Assembly: GCF_009914755.1 (NCBI RefSeq)
Contig: NC_060941.1
From: the human T2T-CHM13v2.0 reference genome, Homo sapiens
Strand: one strand, 5' to 3'
Length of the DNA: 64,000 nt
Shown one piece after another: positions 26,093 through 38,000 of this stretch (its first letter is position 1; each line of letters opens with the position of its first letter). The notes beneath the pieces were generated by a model. It was not told the DNA's origin. It ran no database searches and was given only the letters and a program-made list of their open reading frames with translations. The translations under genes and the position numbers were made by a program.

Positions 26093-29000
26093 GGATGTTT
26101 GTATTCAACTTCCAGAGTTGAACTTTCCTTCGGAAAGAGCAGCTATGAAACACTCTTTTTCTAGAATCTGCAAGTGGACATTGGGAGGGCTGTGAGGTTT
26201 GTGGTGGAAAAGGAAATATCTCCACATAAATACTAGATAGAAGCCTTCTCAGAAACTACTTTGTGATGATTGCATTCACCTCACGGAGTGGAGCATTCCT
26301 ATTGACAGAGCAGTTTGGAAACACTCTTCTTGTAGAATCGGCTAGTGGAGGTTTGGAGCGCTTTGAGGCCTATGGTAGTAAAGGGAAGAGCTTCACATGA
26401 AATCTAGACAGAAGCATTCTCAGAAAATACTTTGTGATGATTGAGTTTAACACACAGAGCTGAACATTCCTTTGGATGGAGAAGGTTTGAAACACACTTT
26501 CTGTAGAATCTGCGAGTGGATATTTGGACCTCTCTGAGGATTTCGTTGGAAACGGGATAACTGCACCTAACTAAACGGAAGCATTCTCACAAAATTCTTT
26601 GTGATGTTTGCATTCAAATCCCAGAGTTGAACCTTCCTTTGATAGTTCAGCTTTGAAACACTCTTTTTGTAGGATCTGCAAGTGGATATTTGGACCACTC
26701 TTTGGCCTTCGTTCGAAACGGGTACATCTTCAAATGAAATCTAGACAGAAGCCTTCTCAGAAACTTCTCTGTGACGATTGCATTCAACTCAAAGCGTTGA
26801 AACGTCCTATGGATAGAGCAGTTTTGAATCTCTCTTTTTGTGGAATCTGCAAGTGGATATGTGGTCCTCTTTGAAGATGTCTTTGGAAACGGGAATATCT
26901 TCACATTAAAACTAAACAGAAGCATTCTCAGAAACTTCTCTGTGATGTTTGTGTTCAACTCACAGAGTTTCACGTTGCTTTTCATAGAGCAGATGAGAAG
27001 CATGCTTTTCGTAGGGTCTGCAAGTGGACATTTGGAGAGCTTTCAGGCCTGTGGTGGAAAACGAATTATCGTCACGTAAAAACTAGAGAGAAGCATTGTC
27101 AGAAACTTGTTTGTGATGACTGCATTCAACTCACAGAGTTGAAGGTTCCTTTTCAAACAGCAGTTTCCAAACACTCTTTCTGTGGCATCTGCAAGTGGAT
27201 GTTTGGGCCTCTTTGAAGATTTCGTTGGAAACGGGATAATCTTCACAGAAAAGCTAAACAGAAGCATTTTCAGAAACTTCTTTGTGATGTTTGCTTTCAA
27301 CTCACAGAGTTGAACTTTCCTTTTGAGAGAGAAGCTTTGAAACACTCTTTTTCTAGAATCTGCAAGTGGATATTTGGAGGGCTTTGAGGCCTGAGGTGGA
27401 AAAGGAATTATCTTCCCGTAAGAACTAGATAGATGCATTCTCAGAAACTACTTTGTGACGATTGCATTCAAGTCACAGAGGTGAACATTCCCTTTCAGAG
27501 AGCACTTTGGAAACTCTCGTTGTGTAGAATCTGCAAGTGGAGATATGGACCGCTTTGAGGCCTATGGTAGTAAAGGAAACAGCTTCATATAAAAACTAGA
27601 CAGCAGCATTCTCAGAAAACTCTTTGTGACGACTGAGTTTAACTCACAGGGCTGAACATTCCTTTGGATGGAGCAGTTTGGAAACACACTATCTGTAGGA
27701 TCTGCAAGCGGATACTTGGGCCTCTCTGAGGATTGCGTTGGAAACGGGATAAACCGCACAGAACTAAACAGAAGCATTCTCAGAACCTTCTTCGTGATGT
27801 TTGCATTCAACCCACAGTGTTGAACCTTTCTTTGATAGTTCAGGTTTGAAACACTCTTTTTGTAGAAACTGCAAGTGGATAACTGCACTTCTTTGAGGCC
27901 TATCGTAGTAAAGGAAATAACTTCCTATAAAAACAAGACAGAAGCTTTCTCAGAAAATTCTCTGGGATGATTGAGTTGAACTCACAGAGCAGTACTTTCC
28001 TTGGGATGGAGTAGTTTCGAAACACACTTTCTGTAGAATCTGCAAGTGGATATTTGGACCTGTCTGAGGAATTCGTTGCAAACGGGATAATTTCAGCTAA
28101 GTAAACAGAAGCAGTCTCAGAATCTTCTTGTGATGTTTGCATTCAAATCCCAGAATTGAACCTTCCTTTGAAAGTTCAGGTTGGAAACACTCTTTTTGCA
28201 AGATCTACAAGTGGATATTCGGACCACTCTGTGGACTTCGTTCGAAACGGGTATATCTTCACATAACATCTAGACAGAAGCATTCTCAGAAACTTTTCTG
28301 TGATGACTGCATTCAACTCACAGAGTTGAACACTCCTTTTGAGAGCGCAGTTTTGAAACTCTCTTTCTCTGGAATCTGCAAGGGGACATGCAGACCTCTT
28401 TGAAGGTTTCGTTGGAAACGGAATCATCTTCACATAAAAATTACACAGAAGCATTCTCAGGAACTCCTTGGTGATGTTTGTATTCAAATTCCAGAGTTGA
28501 ACTTTCCTTCGGAAAGAGCAGCTATGAAACACTCTTTTTCTAGAATCTGCAAGTGGACATTGGGAGGGCTGTGAGGTTTGTGGTGGAAAAGGAAATATCT
28601 CCACATAAATACTAGATAGAAGCCTTCTCAGAAACAACTTTGTGATGATTGCATTCACCTCACAGAGTGGAGCATTCCTATTGACAGAGCAGTTTGGAAA
28701 CACTCTTCTTGTAGAATCTCCTAGTGGAGGTTTGGAGCGCTTTGAGGCCTATGGTAGTAAAGGGAAGAGCTTCACATAAAATCTAGACAGAAGCATTCTC
28801 AGAAAATACTTTGTGATGATTGAGTTTAACACACAGAGCTGCACATTCCTTTGGATGGAGAAGGTTTGAAACACACTTTCTGTAGAATCTGCGAGTGGAT
28901 ATTTGGACCTCTCTGAGGATTTCGTTGGAAACGGGATAACTGCACCTAACTAAACGGAAGCATTCTCACAAAATTCTTTGTGATGTTTCCATTCAAATCC

Positions 29001-32000
29001 CAGAGTTGAACTTTCCTTTGATAGTTCAGCTTTGAAACATTCTTTTTGTAGGTTCTGAAAGTGGATATTTGGACCACTCTTTGGCCTTCGTTCGAAACGG
29101 GTACATCTTCAAATGAAATCTAGACAGAAGCCTTCTCAGAAACTTCTCTGTGACGATTGCATTCAACTCAAAGCGTTGAACCCTCCTATGGATAGAGCAG
29201 TTTTGAATCTCTCTTTTTGTGGAATCTGCAAGTGGATATGTGGTCCTCTTTGAAGATGTCTTTGGAAACGGGAATATCTTCACATTAAAACTAAACAGAA
29301 GCATTCTCAGAAACTTCTCTGTGATGTTTGTGTTCAACTCACAGAGTTTCACGTTGCTTTTCATAGAGCAGATGAGAAACATGCTTTTCGTAGGGTCTGC
29401 AAGTGGACATTTGGAGAGATTTCAGGCCTGTGGTGGAAAACGAATTATCGTCACGTAAAAACTAGAGAGAAGCATTGTCAGAAACTTGTTTGTGATGACT
29501 GCATTCAACTCACAGAGTTGAAGGTTCCTTTTCAAACAGCAGTTTCCAAACACTCTTTCTGTGGCATCTGCAAGTGGATGTTTGGGCCTCTTTGAAGATT
29601 TCGTTGGAAACGGGATAATCTTCACAGAAAAGCTAAACAGAAGCATTCTCAGAAACTTCTTTGTGATATTTGCTTTCAACTCACAGAGTTGAACTTTCCT
29701 TTTGAGAGAGAAGCTTTGAAACACTCTTTTTCTAGAATCTGCAAGTGGATATTTGGAGGGCTTTGAGGCCTGAGGTGGAAAAGGAATTATCTTCCCGTAA
29801 GAACTAGATAGATGCATTCTCAGAAACTACTTTGTGACGATTGCATTCAAGTCACAGAGGTGAACATTCCCTTTCAGAGAGCACTTTGGAAACTCTCGTT
29901 GTGTAGAATCTGCAAGTGGAGATATGGACCGCTTTGAGGCCTATGGTAGTAAAGGAAACAGCTTCATATAAAAACTAGACAGCAGCATTCTCAGAAAACT
30001 CTTTGTGACGACTGAGTTTAACTCACAGGGCTGAACATTCCTTTGGATGGAGCAGTTTGGAAACACACTATCTGTAGGATCTGCAAGCGGATACTTGGGC
30101 CTCTCTGAGGATTGCGTTGGAAACGGGATAAACCGCACAGAACGAAACAGAAGCATTCTCAGAACCTTCTTCGTGATGTTTGCATTCAACCCACAGTGTT
30201 GAACATTTCTTTGATAGTTCAGGTTCGAAACACTCTTTTTGTAGAAACTGCAAGTGGATAACTGCACTTCTTTGAGGCCTATCGTAGTAAAGGAAATAAC
30301 TTCCTATAAAAACAAGACAGAAGCTTTCTCAGAAAATTCTCTGGGATGATTGAGTTGAACTCACAGAGCACTACTTTCCTTGGGATGGAGTAGTTTCGAA
30401 ACACACTTTCTGTAGAATCTGCAAGTGGATATTTGGACCTGTCTGAGGAATTCGTTGCAAACGGGATAATTTCAGCTAAGTAAACAGAAGCAGTCTCAGA
30501 ATCTTCTTGTGATGTTTGCATTCAAATCCCAGAATTGAACCTTCCTTTGAAAGTTCAGGTTGGAAACACTCTTTTTGCAGGATCTACAAGTGGATATTCG
30601 GACCACTCTGTGGACTTCGTTCGAAACGGGTATATCTTCACATAACATCTAGACAGAAGCATTCTCAGAAACTTTTCTGTGATGACTGCATTCAACTCAC
30701 AGAGTTGAACACTCCTTTTGAGAGCGCAGTTTTGAAACTCTCTTTCTCTGGAATCTGCAAGGGGACATGCAGACCTCTTTGAAGGTTTCGTTGGAAACGG
30801 AATCATCTTCACATAAAAATTACACAGAAGCATTCTCAGGAACTCCTTGGTGATGTTTGTATTCAACTTCCAGAGTTGAACTTTCCTTCGGAAAGAGCAG
30901 CTATGAAACACTCTTTTTCTAGAATCTGCAAGTGGACATTGGGAGGGCTGTGAGGTTTGTGGTGGAAAAGGAAATATCTCCACATAAATACTAGATAGAA
31001 GCCTTCTCAAAAACTACTTTGTGATGATTGCATTCACCTCACAGAGTGGAGCATTCCTATTGACAGAGCAGTTTGGAAACACTCTTCTTGTAGAATCGGC
31101 TAGTGGAGATTTGGAGCGCTTTGAGGCCTATGGTAGTAAAGGGAAGAGCTTCACATAAAATCTAGACAGAAGCATTCTCAGAAAATACTTTGTGATGATT
31201 GAGTTTAACACACAGAGCTGAACATTCCTTTGGATGGAGAAGGTTTGAAACACACTTTCTGTAGAATCTGCGAGTGGATATTTGGACCTCTCTGAGGATT
31301 TCGTTGGAAACGGGATAACTGCACCTAACTAAACGGAAGCATTCTCACAAAATTCTTTGTGATGTTTGCATTCAAATCCCAGAGTTGAACCTTCCTTTGA
31401 TAGTTCAGCTTTGAAACATTCTTTTTGTAGGTTCTGCAAGTGGATATTTGGACCACTCTTTGGCCTTCGTTCGAAACGGGTACATCTTCAAATGAAATCT
31501 AGACAGAAGCCTTCTCAGAAACTTCTCTGTGACGATTGCATTCAACTCAAAGCGTTGAACACTCCTATGGATAGAGCAGTTTTGAATCTCTCTTTTTGTG
31601 GAATCTGCAAGTGGATATGTGGTCCTCTTTGAAGATGTCTTTGGAAACGGGAATATCTTCACATTAAAACTAAACAGAAGCATTCTCAGAAACTTCTCTG
31701 TGATGTTTGTGTTCAACTCACAGAGTTTCACGTTGCTTTTCATAGAGCAGATGAGAAACATGCTTTTCGTAGGGTCTGCAAGTGGACATTTGGAGAGCTT
31801 TCAGGCCTGTGGTGGAAAACGAATTATCATCACGTAAAAACTAGAGAGAAGCATTGTCAGAAACTTGTTTGTGAAGACTGCATTCAACTCACAGAGTTGA
31901 AGGTTCCTTTTCAAACAGCAGTTTCCAAACACTCTTTCTGTGGCATCTGCAAGTGGATGTTTGGGCCTCTTTGAAGATTTCGTTGGAAACGGGATAATCT

Positions 32001-35000
32001 TCACAGAAAAGCTAAACAGAAGCATTCTCAGAAACTTCTTTGTGATGTTTGCTTTCAACTCACAGAGTTGAACTTTCCTTTTGAGAGAGAAGCTTTGAAA
32101 CACTCTTTTTCTAGAATCTGCAAGTGGATATTTGGAGGGCTTTGAGGCCTGAGGTGGAAAAGGAATTATCTTCCCGTAAGAACTAGATAGATGCATACTC
32201 AGAAACTACTTTGTGACGATTGCATTCAAGTCACAGAGGTGAACATTCCCTTTCAGAGAGCACTTTGGAAACTCTCGTTGTGTAGAATCTGCAAGTGGAG
32301 ATATGGACCGCTTTGAGGCCTATGGTAGTAAAGGAAACAGCTTCATATAAAAACTAGACAGCAGCATTCTCAGAAAACTCTTTGTGACGACTGAGTTTAA
32401 CTCACAGGGCTGAACATTCCTTTGGATGGAGCAGTTTGGAAACACACTATCTGTAGGATCTGCAAGCGGATACTTGGGCCTCTCTGAGGATTGCGTTGGA
32501 AACGGGATAAACCGCACAGAACTAAACAGAAGCATTCTCAGAACCTTCTTCGTGATGTTTGCATTCAACCCACAGTGTTGAACCTTTCTTTGATAGTTCA
32601 GGTTTGAAACACTCTTTTTGTAGAAACTGCAAGTGGATAACTGCACTTCTTTGAGGCCTATCGTAGTAAAGGAAATAACTTCCTATAAAAACAAGACAGA
32701 AGCTTTCTCAGAAAATTCTCTGGGATGATTGAGTTGAACTCACAGAGCACTACTTTCCTTGGGATGGAGTAGTTTCGAAACACACTTTCTGTAGAATCTG
32801 CAAGTGGATATTTGGACCTGTCTGAGGAATTCGTTGCAAACGGGATAATTTCAGCTAAGTAAACAGAAGCAGTCTCAGAATCTTCTTGTGATGTTTGCAT
32901 TGAAATCCCAGAATTGAACCTTCCTTTGAAAGTTCAGGTTGGAAACACTCTTTTTGCAGGATCTACAAGTGGATATTCGGACCACTCTGTGGACTTCGTT
33001 CGAAACGGGTATATCTTCACATAACATCTAGACAGAAGCATTCTCAGAAACTTTTCTGTGATGACTGCATTCAACTCACAGAGTTGAACACTCCTTTTGA
33101 GAGCGCAGTTTTGAAACTCTCTTTCTCTGGAATCTGCAAGGGGACATGCAGACCTCTTTGAAGGTTTCATTGGAAACGGAATCATCTTCACATAAAAATT
33201 ACACAGAAGCATTCTCAGGAACTCCTTGGGGATGTTTGTATTCAACTTCCAGAGTTGAACTTTCCTTCGGAAAGAGCAGCTATGAAACACTCTTTTTCTA
33301 GAATCTGCAAGTGGACATTGGGAGGGCTGTGAGGTTTGTGGTGGAAAAGGAAATATCTCCACATAAATACTAGATAGAAGCCTTCTCAGAAACTACTTTG
33401 TGATGATTGCATTCACCTCACGGAGTGGAGCATTCCTATTGACAGAGCAGTTTGGAAACACTCTTGTTGTAGAATCTCCTAGTGGAGGTTTGGAGCGCTT
33501 TGAGGCCTATGGTAGTAAAGGGAAGAGCTTCACATAAAATCTAGACAGAAGCATTCTCAGAAAATACTTTGTGATGATTGAGTTTAACACACAGAGCTGC
33601 ACATTCCTTTGGATGGAGAAGGTTTGAAACACACTTTCTGTAGAATCTGCGAGTGGATATTTGGACCTCTCTGAGGATTTCGTTGGAAACGGGATAACTG
33701 CACCTAACTAAACGGAAGCATTCTCACAAAATTCTTTGTGATGTTTCCATCACAAAGATAGTTCAGCTTTGAAACATTCTTTTTGTTGGTTCTGCAAGTG
33801 GATATTTGGACCACTCTTTGGCCTTCGTTCGAAACGGGTACATCTTCAAATGAAATCTAGACAGAAGCCTTCTCAGAAACTTCTCTGTGACGATTGCATT
33901 CAACTCAAAGCGTTGAACCCTCCTATGGATAGAGCAGTTTTGAATCTCTCTTTTTGTGGAATCTGCAAGTGGATATGTGGTCCTCTTTGAAGATGTCTTT
34001 GGAAACGGGAATATCTTCACATTAAAACTAAACAGAAGCATTCTCAGAAACTTCTCTGTGATGTTTGTGTTCAACTCACAGAGTTTCACGTTGCTTTTCA
34101 TAGAGCAGATGAGAAACATGCTTTTCGTAGGGTCTGCAAGTGGACATTTGGAGAGCTTTCAGGCCTGTGGTGGAAAACGAATTATCGTCACGTAAAAACT
34201 AGAGAGAAGCATTGTCAGAAACTTGTTTGTGATGACTGCATTCAACTCACAGAGTTGAAGGTTCCTTTTCAAACAGCAGTTTCCAAACACTCTTTCTGTG
34301 GCATCTGCAAGTGGATGTTTGGGCCTCTTTGAAGATTTCGTTGGAAACGGGATAATCTTCACAGAAAAGCTAAACAGAAGCATTCTCAGAAACTTCTTTG
34401 TGATGTTTGCTTTCAACTCACAGAGTTGAACTTTCCTTTTGAGAGAGAAGCTTTGAAACACTCTTTTTCTAGAATCTGCAAGTGGATATTTGGAGGGCTT
34501 TGAGGCCTGAGGTGGAAAAGGAATTATCTTCCCGTAAGAACTAGATAGATGCATTCTCAGAAACTACTTTGTGACGATTGCATTCAAGTCACAGAGGTGA
34601 ACATTCCCTTTCAGAGAGCACTTTGGAAACTCTCGTTGTGTAGAATCTGCAAGTGGAGATATGGACCGCTTTGAGGCCTATGGTAGTAAAGGAAACAGCT
34701 TCATATAAAAACTAGACAGCAGCATTCTCAGAAAACTCTTTGTGACGACTGAGATTAACTCACAGGGCTGAACATTCCTTTGGATGGAGCAGTTTGGAAA
34801 CACACTATCTGTAGGATCTGCAAGCGGATACTTGGGCCTCTCTGAGGATTGCGTTGGAAACGGGATAAACCGCACAGAACTAAACAGAAGCATTCTCAGA
34901 ACCTTCTTCGTGATGTTTGCATTCAACCCACAGTGTTGAACCTTTCTTTGATAGTTCAGGTTTGAAACACTCTTTTTGTAGAAACTGCAAGTGGATAACT

Positions 35001-38000
35001 GCACTTCTTTGAGGCCTATCGTAGTAAAGGAAGTAACTTCCTATAAAAACAAGACAGAAGCTTTCTCAGAAAATTTTCTGGGATGATTGACTTGAACTCA
35101 CAGAGCAGTACTTTCCTTGGGATGGAGTAGTTTCGAAACACACTTTCTGTAGAATCTGCAAGTGGATATTTGGACCTGTCTGAGGAATTCGTTGCAAACG
35201 GGATAATTTCAGCTAAGTAAACAGAAGCAGTCTCAGAATCTTCTTGTGATGTTTGCATTCAAATCCCAGAATTGAACCTTCCTTTGAAAGTTCAGGTTGG
35301 AAACACTCTTTTTGCAGGATCTACAAGTGGATATTCGGACCACTCTGTGGACTTCGTTCGAAACGGGTATATCTTCACATAACATCTAGACAGAAGCATT
35401 CTCAGAAACTTTTCTGTGATGACTGCATTCAACTCACAGAGTTGAACACTCCTTTTGAGAGCGCAGTTTTGAAACTCTTTCTCTGGAATCTGCAAGGGGA
35501 CATGCAGACCTCTTTGAAGGTTTCGTTGGAAACGGAATCATCTTCACATAAAAATTACACAGAAGCATTCTCAGGAACTCCTTGGGGATGTTTGTATTCA
35601 ACTTCCAGAGTTGAACTTTCCTTCGGAAAGAGCAGCTATGAAACACTCTTTTTCTAGAATCTGCAAGTGGACATTGGGAGGGCTGTGAGGTTTGTGGTGG
35701 AAAAGGAAATATCTCCACATAAATACTAGATAGAAGCCTTCTCAGAAACTACTTTGTGATGATTGCATTCACCTCACGGAGTGGAGCATTCCTATTGACA
35801 GAGCAGTTTGGAAACACTCTTCTTGTAGAATCGGCTAGTGGAGGTTTGGAGCGCTTTGAGGCCTATGGCAGTAAAGGGAAGAGCTTCACATGAAATCTAG
35901 ACAGAAGCATTCTCAGAAAATACTTTGTGATGATTGAGTTTAACACACAGAGCTGAACATTCCTTTGGATGGAGAAGGTTTGAAACACACTTTCTGTAGA
36001 ATCTGCGAGTGGATATTTGGACCTCTCTGAGGATTTCGTTGGAAACGGGATAACTGCACCTAACTAAACGGAAGCATTCTCACAAAATTCTTTGTGATGT
36101 TTGCATTCAAATCCCAGAGTTGAACCTTCCTTTGATAGTTCAGCTTTGAAACACTCTTTTTGTAGGATCTGCAAGTGGATATTTGGACCACTCTTTGGCC
36201 TTCGTTCGAAACGGGTACATATTCAAATAAAATCTAGACAGAAGCCTTCTCAGAAACTTCTCTGTGACGGTTGCATTCAACTCAAAGCGTTGAAACCTCC
36301 TATGGATAGAGCAGTTTTGAATCTCTCTTTTTGTGGAATCTGCAAGTGGATATGTGGTCCTCTTTGAAGATGTCTTTGGAAACGGGAATATCTTCACATT
36401 AAAACTAAACAGAAGCATTCTCAGAAACTTCTCTGTGATGTTTGTGTTCAACTCACAGAGTTTCACGTTGCTTTTCATAGAGCAGATGAGAAACATGCTT
36501 TTCGTAGGGTCTGCAAGTGGACATTTGGAGAGCTTTCAGGCCTGTGGTGGAAAACGAATTATCGTCACGTAAAAACTAGAGAGAAGCATTGTCAGAAACT
36601 TGTTTGTGATGACTGCATTCAACTCACAGAGTTGAAGGTTCCTTTTCAAACAGCAGTTTCCAAACACTCTTTCTGTGGCATCTGCAAGTGGGTGTTTGGG
36701 CCTCTTTGAAGATTTCGTTGGAAACGGGATAATCTTCACAGAAAAGCTAAACAGAAGCATTCTCAGAAACTTCTTTGTGATGTTTGCTTTCAACTCACAG
36801 AGTTGAACTTTCCTTTTGAGAGAGAAGCTTTGAAACACTCTTTTTCTAGAATCTGCAAGTGGATATTTGGAGGGCTTTGAGGCCTGAGGTGGAAAAGGAA
36901 TTATCTTCCCGTAAGAACTAGATAGATGCATTCTCAGAAACTACTTTGTGACGATTGCATTCAAGTCACAGAGGTGAACATTCCCTTTCAGAGAGCACTT
37001 TGGAAACTCTCGTTGTGTAGAATCTGCAAGTGGAGATATGGACCGCTTTGAGGCCTATGGTAGTAAAGGAAACAGCTTCATATAAAAACTAGACAGCAGC
37101 ATTCTCAGAAAACTCTTTGTGACGACTGAGATTAACTCACAGGGCTGAACATTCCTTTGGATGGAGCAGTTTGGAAACACACTATCTGTAGGATCTGCAA
37201 GCGGATACTTGGGCCTCTCTGAGGATTGCGTTGGAAACGGGATAAACCGCACAGAACTAAACAGAAGCATTCTCAGAACCTTCTTCGTGATGTTTGCATT
37301 CAACCCACAGTGTTGAACCTTTCTTTGATAGTTCAGGTTTGAAACACTCTTTTTGTAGAAACTGCAAGTGGATAACTGCACTTCTTTGAGGCCTATCGTA
37401 GTAAAGGAAATAACTTCCTATAAAAACAAGACAGAAGCTTTCTCAGAAAATTTTCTGGGATGATTGACTTGAACTCACAGAGCAGTACTTTCCTTGGGAT
37501 GGAGTAGTTTCGAAACACACTTTCTGTAGAATCTGCAAGTGGATATTTGGACCTGTCTGAGGAATTCGTTGCAAACGGGATAATTTCAGCTAAGTAAACA
37601 GAAGCAGTCTCAGAATCTTCTTGTGATGTTTGCATTCAAATCCCAGAATTGAACCTTCCTTTGAAAGTTCAGGTTGGAAACACTCTTTTTGCAGGATCTA
37701 CAAGTGGATATTCGGACCACTCTGTGGACTTCGTTCGAAACGGGTATATCTTCACATAACATCTAGACAGAAGCATTCTCAGAAACTTTTCTGTGATGAC
37801 TGCATTCAACTCACAGAGTTGAACACTCCTTTTGAGAGCGCAGTTTTGAAACCCTTTCTCTGGAATCTGCAAGGGGACATGCAGACCTCTTTGAAGGTTT
37901 CGTTGGAAACGGAATCATCTTCACATAAAAATTACACAGAAGCATTCTCAGGAACTCCTTGGGGATGTTTGTATTCAACTTCCAGAGTTGAACTTTCCTT

